This document shows, one piece after another, positions 1 to 7,001 of a DNA stretch of 12,800 bases. The first letter of the stretch is position 1, and each line of letters starts with the position of its first letter. Source of the stretch: a virus. The translations under genes were made by a program, and so were the position numbers. Under the pieces are notes generated by a model. It saw only the letters and a list, made by a program, of their open reading frames with translations. It had not been told where the DNA came from and made no database searches. The stretch lies in UHGV virus genome UHGV-0178829. One strand, given 5' to 3'.

Positions 1-53
1 CGCAGGTTCTCCCGTGCTAACGGTTCATCATCGACAATTAAGACTTTAATCAT
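1..53 (-). CDS. btsR: LytTR-family response regulator BtsR/YehT, first 17 codons only; gene continues beyond the window start
   Basis: Reverse complement of 1-53 reads ATG ATT AAA GTC TTA ATT GTC GAT GAT GAA CCG TTA GCA CGG GAG AAC CTG = MIKVLIVDDEPLARENL, a receiver-domain N-terminus matching remembered BtsR. The ATG (53-51) overlaps the TGA stop (52-50) of the upstream kinase gene. Confidence 0.8.
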   Translation of the reverse strand, partial: MIKVLIVDDEPLARENL

Positions 54-1735
54 GCCTCGTCCCTCCATGGTAGTCGTAACGTTATTCGGGTGTAACTATC
101 AGGCTCACAGGCGACGCTTATTCCATAGTCATCGCCAAACCGTTCACGTAAACGCTTATCCACCAGATTCATCCCCAGCCCACTGGCATTGGTTACCGGT
201 TGATACAAACCGGCATTGTCTTCGATCTCCAGCATCAAATGTTGCCCCTCACGTCGGGCGCTGATTGCCACTCGCCCTGTATCCAGCAGTTGTGATGTCC
301 CATGTTTAATGGCGTTTTCCACTATCGGTTGCAGGGTAAACGCGGGCAATTGCTGCTGGGATAATTCTTGCGGAATAGCAATGTTGACCTGCAACCGCGA
401 CTGGAAGCGCGCCTTTTCAATTTGCAGATAAGCATTCACATGTTCAATTTCGTCGGCGAGAGTAACAAACTCCGAAGGCCGCTTTAAGTTTTTGCGGAAA
501 AAAGTGGAAAGATACTGCACCAGCTGGCTGGCCTGTTCGCTGTCGCGGCGGATCACCGCTTTAATGGTGTTAAGCGCATTAAACAAAAAATGGGGATTCA
601 CCTGGGCGTGAAGCAGTTTGATCTCTGACTGGGTGAGCATCGCTTTTTGCCGCTCATATTGCCCGGCAAGGATCTGCGCCGAAAGCAATTGCGCAATCCC
701 CTCACCCAACGTGCGGTTGATTGAACTGAATAAACGGTTTTTGGCTTCATACAATTTGATGGTGCCCATCACCCGCTGATTTTCACCACGCAACGGAATT
801 ACCAGCGTCGACCCCAGTTTGCATTGCGGATGCAAAGAGCAACGGTAAGGTACTTCGTTGCCATCAGCGTAGACCACTTCACCGGTTTCAATCGCTTTTA
901 AAGTATAAGTTGAAGAAATCGGTTTGCCGGGTAAATGGTGGTCGTCACCAATTCCGGTAAAGGCCAGCAATTTCTCTCGATCGGTAATCGCGACTGCACC
1001 AATATCCAGTTCCTGATACAGCACCTGAGCCACTTTCATGCTGTTCACTTCGTTAAACCCCTGGCGCAAAATGCCTTCCGTCGAGGCTGCCACTTTCAGC
1101 GCAGTGGCAGAAAAAGCCGAAGTGTATTTTTCAAACATCGCGCGTTTATCGAGCAATATACGCATAAACAGCGCCGCGCCGACGGTATTGGTGACCATCA
1201 TTGGTGCAGCAATATTACTCACCAGACGCACCGCATCTTCATAAGGTCGGGCGATCGCAAGGATGATCAGCATTTGCACCATTTCAGCGACGAACGTGAC
1301 GGCACCGGCGGTAATGGGGTTAAAGACTTTATCAGTGCGCCCGCGGCGGATCAGGATGCTGTGTACCAGGCCACCGAGTAATCCTTCAACGATGGTCGAG
1401 ATCATGCAACTTAACGCGGTCATGCCCCCCATCGAATATCGATGTAAGCCGCCGGTCAGACCAACCAGCCCACCGACGACGGGACCGCCGAGTAAGCCGC
1501 CCATTACCGCGCCTATCGCACGGGTATTGGCAATAGAATCGTCAATGTGCAACCCAAACCAGGTGCCCATGATGCAGAAGATGGAAAAGACGATGTAGCA
1601 GAGAAATTTATGCGGCAGACGAACCGTGACCTGCATTAACGGTATGAATAATGGCGTTTTACTCATTAACCATGCAATGACTAAAAAAACGCACATCTGC
1701 TGAAGCAGCAGCAACACCAGATTAAAATCGTACAT
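50..1735 (-). CDS. btsS: LytS-type sensor histidine kinase BtsS/YehU (561 aa from the ATG at 1735; the track ORF begins 5 codons upstream at a GTG)
   Basis: Track ORF 50..1750. Translation shows multi-pass membrane N-terminus with GG-rich helices, a GAF-like middle, and a C-terminal kinase core (NPHFLFNALN H-box, ATPase motifs). Synteny with btsR immediately downstream. First ATG at 1735-1733 (MYDFNLVLLLL...) matches the remembered BtsS start. Confidence 0.9.
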   Translation of the reverse strand: MYDFNLVLLLLQQMCVFLVIAWLMSKTPLFIPLMQVTVRLPHKFLCYIVFSIFCIMGTWFGLHIDDSIANTRAIGAVMGGLLGGPVVGGLVGLTGGLHRYSMGGMTALSCMISTIVEGLLGGLVHSILIRRGRTDKVFNPITAGAVTFVAEMVQMLIILAIARPYEDAVRLVSNIAAPMMVTNTVGAALFMRILLDKRAMFEKYTSAFSATALKVAASTEGILRQGFNEVNSMKVAQVLYQELDIGAVAITDREKLLAFTGIGDDHHLPGKPISSTYTLKAIETGEVVYADGNEVPYRCSLHPQCKLGSTLVIPLRGENQRVMGTIKLYEAKNRLFSSINRTLGEGIAQLLSAQILAGQYERQKAMLTQSEIKLLHAQVNPHFLFNALNTIKAVIRRDSEQASQLVQYLSTFFRKNLKRPSEFVTLADEIEHVNAYLQIEKARFQSRLQVNIAIPQELSQQQLPAFTLQPIVENAIKHGTSQLLDTGRVAISARREGQHLMLEIEDNAGLYQPVTNASGLGMNLVDKRLRERFGDDYGISVACEPDSYTRITLRLPWRDEA

Positions 1736-1956
1736 ACCCGCAAACCACACTTCCCTTTAAAACGCGTAACATACATTGCCTGCGTTTAACTTTCTTTGAA
1801 CTCTTGCAGAAAAATGAGAATTCGTGAGTACGATCACTCAAAATCGCCTGGCAAAAATAAAATCACCCTATAGATGCACAAAAAACGGGCAAAACTACCT
1901 GGTTCGCAAAACTGCGTCTAAAGTTAAACCGGGACCTCGCGAGCAAGGGTGAGACG

Positions 1957-2025
1957 ATGGCGCTTTACACAATTGGTGAAGTGGCGTTGCTTTGTGATAT
2001 TAATCCTGTCACGTTACGCGCGTGA
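1957..2025 (+). pseudogene. mlrA: 5' fragment of mlrA/yehV (MerR-family curli regulator): 22 codons then TGA; resemblance to mlrA ends here
   Basis: ATG at 1957 encodes MALYTIGEVALLCDINPVTLRA followed by TGA at 2023-2025. This matches the remembered MlrA N-terminal HTH (MALYTIGEVALLCDINPVTLRAW...). Downstream sequence in all frames is unrelated to MlrA, and the track ORF 1949..2134 is in a different frame. Confidence 0.75.
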
Positions 2026-2148
2026 CGCAACATTTTTAAAAATCGACGAAGATCGTCCAGGAGCGCCATTTTTCAAGGGTTGGACAGATGATTCGTTTTC
2101 GATGTCGACGAACTTCGACGGATTTCGCCGATAAAAAGTGTCCCATAC

Positions 2149-2170
2149 ATGCCCCATAGATGCCCCATAG
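2149..2170. repeat. Perfect tandem direct repeat, 2 x 11 bp (ATGCCCCATAG ATGCCCCATAG), preceded by a third partial CCCATA copy (2142-2147)
   Basis: Read directly: tcccataC ATGCCCCATAG ATGCCCCATAG gcaat, about 125 bp inside the phage side of the mlrA junction. Confidence 0.6.
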
Positions 2171-2183
2171 GCAATATTACCAA

Positions 2184-2213
2184 TTGACACTGGTTATCCA
2201 CACAGCTAAAAAT
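2184..2213 (+). promoter_or_regulatory. Candidate sigma70 promoter of the dinI-like gene (TTGACA, 17 bp spacer, TAAAAA(T))
   Basis: TTGACA at 2184-2189 is a perfect -35. A 17-nt spacer is followed by the A/T-rich hexamer TAAAAA at 2207-2212. The promoter sits about 40 bp upstream of the dinI-like start and directly abuts the LexA box. Confidence 0.45.
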
Positions 2214-2218
2214 AACAC

Positions 2219-2234
2219 CTGTACATAACTACAG
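2219..2234 (+). promoter_or_regulatory. LexA (SOS) box CTGTACATAACTACAG (CTGT-N8-ACAG) over the predicted transcription start of the dinI-like gene
   Basis: Read directly. It conforms to the CTGT-N8-ACAG LexA operator pattern with an AT-rich spacer, lies just downstream of the -10, and is 15 bp upstream of ATG 2250. SD AGGAGGGGG at 2239-2247. Confidence 0.65.
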
Positions 2235-2249
2235 TTACAGGAGGGGGCT

Positions 2250-2498
2250 ATGCGTGTTGAGATCTGTATCGCTAAAGAAAAAATCAGCAAAATGCCGAAA
2301 GGTTCTGTTCCTGCTCTGCAGCAAGAAATGCTGCGCCGCATAGGTAAGCGATATGACGATGCAGATGTGATCGTTAAATCTGCCAGCAATGATGGACTCA
2401 CCATTTTAAGAGCCGTCGATAAAGAATCAGCACTGGAGTTCGTACAGGAAACACTACAGGAAGTCTGGCAAACCGCGGACGACTGGTTTATGCAATAA
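2250..2498 (+). CDS. dinI: DinI-family protein (prophage-encoded DinI homolog, 82 aa)
   Basis: Track [12 protein letters not shown]...[14 protein letters not shown] parallels E. coli DinI (MRIEVTIAK...LQETWESADDWF) in length and motifs. Strong SD, LexA box upstream, and a terminator about 90 bp downstream. Confidence 0.8.
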   Translation: MRVEICIAKEKISKMPKGSVPALQQEMLRRIGKRYDDADVIVKSASNDGLTILRAVDKESALEFVQETLQEVWQTADDWFMQ

Positions 2499-2589
2499 CG
2501 GGATCATAATCACTGTAATGACCTGTTTTGTATGACATTCTTAAAAGGCATAACAACGAGCTTGTCGTTTCAAGCGACTTCTTCTGGTT

Positions 2590-2616
2590 GGGGAGCCTGA
2601 GTGCTCCCCTTTTTTT
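2590..2616 (+). terminator. Rho-independent terminator downstream of the dinI-like gene; also abuts the stop of the convergent minus-strand ORF
   Basis: GGGGAGC (2590-2596), loop CTGAGT, GCTCCCC (2603-2609), then 7 T (2610-2616). On the minus strand the hairpin is preceded by an A-run and not followed by a U-run, so it is mainly a plus-strand terminator. Confidence 0.7.
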
Positions 2617-2912
2617 CAGCTAAAAATCAGCATACAGCCATACAATCCCGCACAGGCCACCACCGGCACCACAAAATCCATCAGACTGGCCACATTCCAC
2701 ACACGCGGATCAAAACCGCCCCACCACGGCATGTTCTGTCTGTGACCATCACCAAAACGCTTAATCCAGCGATATTCTGCCTGGGTATGTTCTCGGGCAA
2801 TAAAGAACGTACAACCCGCTATCGCTCCGTAAACCCAGTCACCGGTAATGCACCCGACCAGCCCCTGCACGGCTACTGCACAAATTGCATGAAGTATCGG
2901 CGTGATATCCAT
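2616..2912 (-). CDS. Hypothetical small membrane protein (98 aa, about 3 predicted transmembrane helices, Cys-rich); moron-like, function unknown
   Basis: Track ORF with ATG at 2912-2910 preceded by SD GGGGAG (TAAGGGGAGCAG-ATG). Hydrophobic stretches ITPILHAICAVAVQGLVGCIT, VYGAIAGCTFFIA and LMDFVVPVVACAGLYGCMLIF. Lies 9 nt downstream of the preceding ORF in the low-GC block. No recognisable homolog recalled. Confidence 0.6.
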   Translation of the reverse strand: MDITPILHAICAVAVQGLVGCITGDWVYGAIAGCTFFIAREHTQAEYRWIKRFGDGHRQNMPWWGGFDPRVWNVASLMDFVVPVVACAGLYGCMLIFS

Positions 2913-2921
2913 CTGCTCCCC

Positions 2922-3200
2922 TTAAAACCACCCCCTGAGCGGGCGCTCTGGTGTAACCACCCACTCACGGAACACGGATTCATCAAAGCCATCGTCAAGA
3001 AGACGAATATTAACAAAGTACCCTTCGTCTCGCGTGTATTCAGGCTCCCCGTCAGCAGAAACACCTGACTCACTGAACGTAAAACCAATCTCATCAACCA
3101 GAATGGCATTCTGCAGCTCTTCGTCCTCTTCCCAGTTAAGTTTCCTGAGAAATGCCCTGAAATCTGCTTTATCACTGAAACGCAACGTGAAATCTCTCAC
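2922..3200 (-). CDS. Hypothetical small acidic protein (92 aa), translationally coupled to the tail-fiber gene; positional candidate for a tail-fiber assembly chaperone
   Basis: Track ORF. Its only available start is GTG at 3200-3198, overlapping the tail-fiber TGA stop (GTGA); there is no in-frame ATG anywhere in the ORF. D/E-rich. It occupies the slot of P2 gpG/Tfa but does not resemble remembered gpG or lambda Tfa. Confidence 0.5.
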   Translation of the reverse strand: MRDFTLRFSDKADFRAFLRKLNWEEDEELQNAILVDEIGFTFSESGVSADGEPEYTRDEGYFVNIRLLDDGFDESVFREWVVTPERPLRGWF

Positions 3201-4987
3201 TCCACAACCTCCCCAAGCTGCGCATCTGTTAGCTCTTTATGCCAGAGACGAAAATTCCTCACATGCCCAAATAAATGGCGTAATCCTGCTGTAGTTTGTC
3301 CACCAATGCGAATGGTTGCTGTACTCCGGATATATTCCCATGTGGTTTTTGTTTCGCTGGATATACGCCCGTTACTTACTGCACATGTAGACTGATCTGA
3401 CTTTACACGCATCCCCATAACCATTTTTTTCAACGATGCGTTTTCGTTAACACGCCTATTTGATCCACCAATATCGCAATAAGGAAATCCGTCTGGCCCA
3501 TCTGCCGAAGATCCGAAGCCAAGAATAATAGCCGCTCCGGTTTGATGACCGCCGGTATCAAAAACACGTGGCGCTGCATTTGGCGTTTTATACCAGTTCT
3601 TATGTACCTCACAAAGAACCGTAAAAGGAAGATTATAAAGATTATTCTTAATTGGAACTGTAACTATATCGCTTGCGCGGGTCGCCGCCGTCGCTCCTGA
3701 TATAATAAAAGATGATACACAAGGCCCATCTTCTACTTGTGGGGTGGCCAGATAAATATAGTCACCAGATACGGTTGCCCCGCTCTGCTTAGGAGAATAC
3801 TGTATCTGAGAGCCTATTTTTAACTCCCCATCAATTGCCTGAATTGTTGCCTCTGCAAAAATCCATCCGGTAGCTTCGTCCTTTCTGACTCTCGCTGTAA
3901 TCCTTGAGGCAGCACCGCCTGTCATATTAATTTCAAGCGTTTGTGTATCAATATACGCATCACCAAGAAAAGTTGTTGCGCTACCGTCATATTTATCAAA
4001 CCGGATACGCAACCTTACCTGCAGTTCTGTTTTAAAACGACATGAGGTTGTCACGTGTTTATTATCGCCTGAGACATCAACTGACTTTGTTGCAGCAATT
4101 GATGCCATATTAATGGCTGAGGTTTGCCCAATCAGAGAATCGTTGCAGACAAACTTTCCATAGGTAAAACCAAAATTATCCGTCCCTGTTTCGGGCACAT
4201 CCATATTTGACGATCGCCCCCAACTGGCAGGGCTTTCCGAATTGAGCATGTAGTTTGTTCTTTGCCCCTCAATAAGCAGGCCATCACGTTCAAATCGTGG
4301 CTCGTCAATGGCAGCCTCTGTCAGCACACCAGATTTGTTAATATAGGTTGCTTTCGATGCACGTTTAAACTTAACAATCTTGTCGCCAGGCATCGTTATT
4401 TCATCGTCACCAATAACAATTTTTTTATATGACGGCGAAAAGCCCGTAATCATATCCAGTGAATCGTTAAACGGTATCCACACATCAGGCAGCGGCGGTA
4501 CAGACTCCTTTTCCTGCGCAACATATTCTTCAACATAGGCGCGGGTGGCGAGCACGACAGAGGGATCAACTTTCAGTTCGACAGACGAAGCACTGGAAAC
4601 CACAACAATCATGCGAATCGTCTGCGTGCGCCCGCTTCCCTCGGTGAGTACAGGCTTGTAGGTTTCGGGGCAGTTCGCCACGGCAATCATCACGCCGTCG
4701 CTGTCAAAAAGCCCAATCTCGCGGATCCAGAACCCCCCTTTATCTTCCGGGATAATCATCTCGGCGATAAGCTGGCTGGCATCAGACGCGCTGATGCTCA
4801 GTTGATTCAATGGGGCGCTGTATACCGTGTTCACCAGATTTTCCATGGAAGCCTCCGGTTCCGGCAGGCTGCCGCCGCCATCCCCCAGTTTCATGGTGGT
4901 GATGGATATTTTCGAGCCGCTGGCCACCGCCTTTGCCAGACGGGCGGCACCCTTGTCAGTCAGAACAGAAAAATATTTTACAGTCAT
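3197..4987 (-). CDS. Phage tail fiber protein (P2 gpH-like N-terminal domain; divergent C-terminal receptor-binding region ending in a LamG/concanavalin-like motif)
   Basis: Track ORF, 596 aa. N-terminal about 160 aa (MTVKYFSVLTDKGAARLA...ITTMKLGDGGG...IIPEDKGGFWIREIGLFDSDGVMIAVANCPETYKPVLTEGSGRTQTIRMIVVVSSASSVELKVDPSVVLATRAYVEEYV) aligns with remembered P2 gpH. The C-terminus ...GLRHLFGHVRNFRLWHKELTDAQL resembles the end of LamG-type jelly-roll domains. ATG at 4987 overlaps the upstream stop (ATGA). Confidence 0.85.
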   Translation of the reverse strand: MTVKYFSVLTDKGAARLAKAVASGSKISITTMKLGDGGGSLPEPEASMENLVNTVYSAPLNQLSISASDASQLIAEMIIPEDKGGFWIREIGLFDSDGVMIAVANCPETYKPVLTEGSGRTQTIRMIVVVSSASSVELKVDPSVVLATRAYVEEYVAQEKESVPPLPDVWIPFNDSLDMITGFSPSYKKIVIGDDEITMPGDKIVKFKRASKATYINKSGVLTEAAIDEPRFERDGLLIEGQRTNYMLNSESPASWGRSSNMDVPETGTDNFGFTYGKFVCNDSLIGQTSAINMASIAATKSVDVSGDNKHVTTSCRFKTELQVRLRIRFDKYDGSATTFLGDAYIDTQTLEINMTGGAASRITARVRKDEATGWIFAEATIQAIDGELKIGSQIQYSPKQSGATVSGDYIYLATPQVEDGPCVSSFIISGATAATRASDIVTVPIKNNLYNLPFTVLCEVHKNWYKTPNAAPRVFDTGGHQTGAAIILGFGSSADGPDGFPYCDIGGSNRRVNENASLKKMVMGMRVKSDQSTCAVSNGRISSETKTTWEYIRSTATIRIGGQTTAGLRHLFGHVRNFRLWHKELTDAQLGEVVE

Positions 4988-5760
4988 GAAAAAATCCTCA
5001 AAGAATCCTCCAGAAATACCACTGATGCTGTCAGGGTTCCGGTTGTGGCGGTCAGTTGCATCACCGCCTGTGGCTCCACGGTCACCGCATCATCGCCCGT
5101 AACCTGTAATCCCATGACAATCCCCGCATCGACAGATACCGACGGTGTCGGCGGGTAAATGGTGAGCATGTCGCCGTCAAAGAAAGCCGGAGATGCCCGG
5201 AACACCGAAACAGTCTCAACACCGGCAGAAGCGGCTGGCCAGATTGTTGTTTCACTGCCGTCGTGCATGCCGGAAAACACACGTGCGACTCCCTGCGTAT
5301 CCAGCATAATGTTCAGCGAGGCAAGGTGGCGGCTGACCGGACGGGCATCGTCGATCAGTCGTGTCAGCTCGGAGTACGTTTCCTCTGTGATACCCGCGTC
5401 CTGCACGCCAATATCAATGCGGAACGTGCCGCGCGGGTCGCCGTTCTGCCACCACTCCGTCACGTTAATGACATAGCCAAAGGGTTCAACCACACGCCTG
5501 ATGGCGCTGATGGTTCCCTTATGGCGGTGGATTGCCCAGGCATCACGGATCACCTGGCGCTTTGTTTCTTCCGTCCAGTCACGATCCCACCTGTCCACGG
5601 ACAGCGCCCACGCCAGATAAGGCAGCAGGGCTGCCGGGCAGGTGTCAGGATCCCAGAGCTGGTTAAGGCTGACAGGTAATGCTGACAACCGGGCGGTTCC
5701 CCGCTCCACGCAGCGCATGAAATCGCTGGCTGAAGGGGGGAGAAGTGACGGTTCACTCAT
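4984..5760 (-). CDS. Baseplate assembly protein (P2 gpI homolog) with a C-terminal extension of about 80 aa
   Basis: From the internal ATG at 5760: MSEPSLLPP...LWDPDTCPAALLPYLAWALSVDRWDRDW...KGTISAIRRVVEPFGYVINVTEWWQNGDPRGTFRIDIGV matches remembered P2 gpI (…LWNPDTCPANLLPWLAWAFSVDRWDEKW…). The track ORF extends to 5823 but that would overlap the J homolog by 70 nt. Confidence 0.85.
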   Translation of the reverse strand: MSEPSLLPPSASDFMRCVERGTARLSALPVSLNQLWDPDTCPAALLPYLAWALSVDRWDRDWTEETKRQVIRDAWAIHRHKGTISAIRRVVEPFGYVINVTEWWQNGDPRGTFRIDIGVQDAGITEETYSELTRLIDDARPVSRHLASLNIMLDTQGVARVFSGMHDGSETTIWPAASAGVETVSVFRASPAFFDGDMLTIYPPTPSVSVDAGIVMGLQVTGDDAVTVEPQAVMQLTATTGTLTASVVFLEDSLRIFS

Positions 5761-6649
5761 TGGTTCCCCCTGTGCTGACCGTGAACGATGTGCAGTACGC
5801 TGACTGCACATCACTGATAACAATATTCTGTGCGGGGCTGGTCAGTTCCACGCGCTGAACGCCCTGAACATGCAGTGCGGCCATGATGGCGGAGAGCGCG
5901 ACATCGCGACCGATTTTGCCCTGTTCGGCAAGCCAGGTTTCCAGATTGTTTCTGGCGGCATTCAGGATGGGTTCCGACTCCGGCCCCGGATAAAAGTAAA
6001 GCCGGGCATCAATCTGATACCGTATGATTTCTGCGCTCTGCACCGTCAGACGGTCACCGACCGGGCGAACGTCTTCGGCATTCAGCGCATTTCTGACCGT
6101 TGTCAGGAGTTCTTCGGTCGCCGTGCCGTCGCCTTCTGTGGACAACACTGTCACCACCACTTCCGCCGGTGCGGGGCTGGTTGCGCGCGCGTCCGCCACC
6201 TGACCGCTGGCACTGCGGGCAAAATATTCATACGCCCCGGTGGGACCGGCCACGCTGAGGCCATCAAATGCAGACTGCGCACGCAGCCGCAGGGCGGAGT
6301 CGCTTTCCATGACGGCCTCCGTGGTGTCCATGGCCGGTGTGATGACCAGCCGCGCGGTGTTCATGTTGGCAGCGAGGTTGTCCAGGTCATCACCTGTGGA
6401 ATGGCTCAGCATACAGGCCGCTGCGCCCTCATTAATGCGCTGGCGAAGCAGCAGTTCACGCAGCGCGAAAGCCTGGGCAATGACCGTGAGCGGTTCGGAC
6501 TCCAACGCCATGGCTGACCGGATGGCAGCCTGCTGTGTCTGTGGAAATGACGTAATGATGTCTTCTTTCACTTCCGCTAGGATGACTTCAAAATCCGGCG
6601 TTTCAATAATCTGTGGTGTCGGCAGTTCCGACAGGTCAACGGCTGGCAT
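5753..6649 (-). CDS. Baseplate assembly protein J (P2 gpJ homolog)
   Basis: Track ORF, 298 aa. MPAVDLSELPTPQ...VRNALNAEDVRPVGDRLTVQSAEII...LHVQGVQRVELTSP closely parallels remembered P2 gpJ along its whole length. Confidence 0.9.
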   Translation of the reverse strand: MPAVDLSELPTPQIIETPDFEVILAEVKEDIITSFPQTQQAAIRSAMALESEPLTVIAQAFALRELLLRQRINEGAAACMLSHSTGDDLDNLAANMNTARLVITPAMDTTEAVMESDSALRLRAQSAFDGLSVAGPTGAYEYFARSASGQVADARATSPAPAEVVVTVLSTEGDGTATEELLTTVRNALNAEDVRPVGDRLTVQSAEIIRYQIDARLYFYPGPESEPILNAARNNLETWLAEQGKIGRDVALSAIMAALHVQGVQRVELTSPAQNIVISDVQSAYCTSFTVSTGGTNE

Positions 6650-7001
6650 TGTCGCTCCTGAGTGTCAGTGTGTTCTGTACGGTTTCCAGGCTTTCTGTCA
6701 GTGTGCCGGTGAGGGTGATAACGGCTTTTCCGCCCGCCTCCCACTGAATGTCAACGGCATTCAGGGCGATGCGTGGCTCCCACTGTGTCAGGGCAATCAC
6801 CACGGCGCTCATGCACTGAAGGCGCGTGGTGGCATTCATCGGTGCATCCAGCAAATCCGGCAGCAGGCTGCCGTATTCCCGGCGCATCACCCGGCTGGCG
6901 AGCGGTGTTAACAGAATATCCCTCACGCTGTTCCACAGATGGTCCGTGTCGCTGAGCGTGCCGGTGGCCTCGGGGTTCATCCCCAGAAAACGGGCACTCA
7001 C
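6636..7001 (-). CDS. Baseplate wedge protein W (P2 gpW / gp25-like); GTG start
   Basis: Track ORF, 121 aa. (M)SARFLGMNPEATG...LTPLASRVMRREYGSLLPDLLD...WEPRI...VITLTG matches remembered gpW (MTARYLGMN...TPVGSRVMRRDYGSLL...). GTG at 7001-6999 overlaps the V stop (GTGA). Confidence 0.85.
   Translation of the reverse strand: MSARFLGMNPEATGTLSDTDHLWNSVRDILLTPLASRVMRREYGSLLPDLLDAPMNATTRLQCMSAVVIALTQWEPRIALNAVDIQWEAGGKAVITLTGTLTESLETVQNTLTLRSDNASR

Noticed and set aside
52-1598. Plus-strand ORFs inside btsS (52..264, 216..431, 935..1381, 1038..1244, 1263..1598)
   Set aside because: Antisense to a well-supported histidine kinase gene; no supporting signals.
1949-2134. Track ORF 1949..2134 (61 aa) as a coding gene
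   Set aside because: It is out of frame with the ATG at 1957 that encodes the recognisable MlrA N-terminus, and it spans the insertion breakpoint. It is an artefact of the broken mlrA, not a gene.
2601-3294. Plus-strand ORFs 2601..3068 (155 aa) and 3034..3294 (86 aa)
   Set aside because: They are antisense to the two small minus-strand ORFs and the tail-fiber 3' end, the first begins inside the terminator hairpin, and they have no RBS or recognisable sequence features.
2600-4987. Mu G-segment-like invertible tail-fiber switch
   Set aside because: No inverted second copy of a fiber C-terminus with chaperone on the plus strand, no flanking inverted repeats noticed, and no invertase gene in the window.
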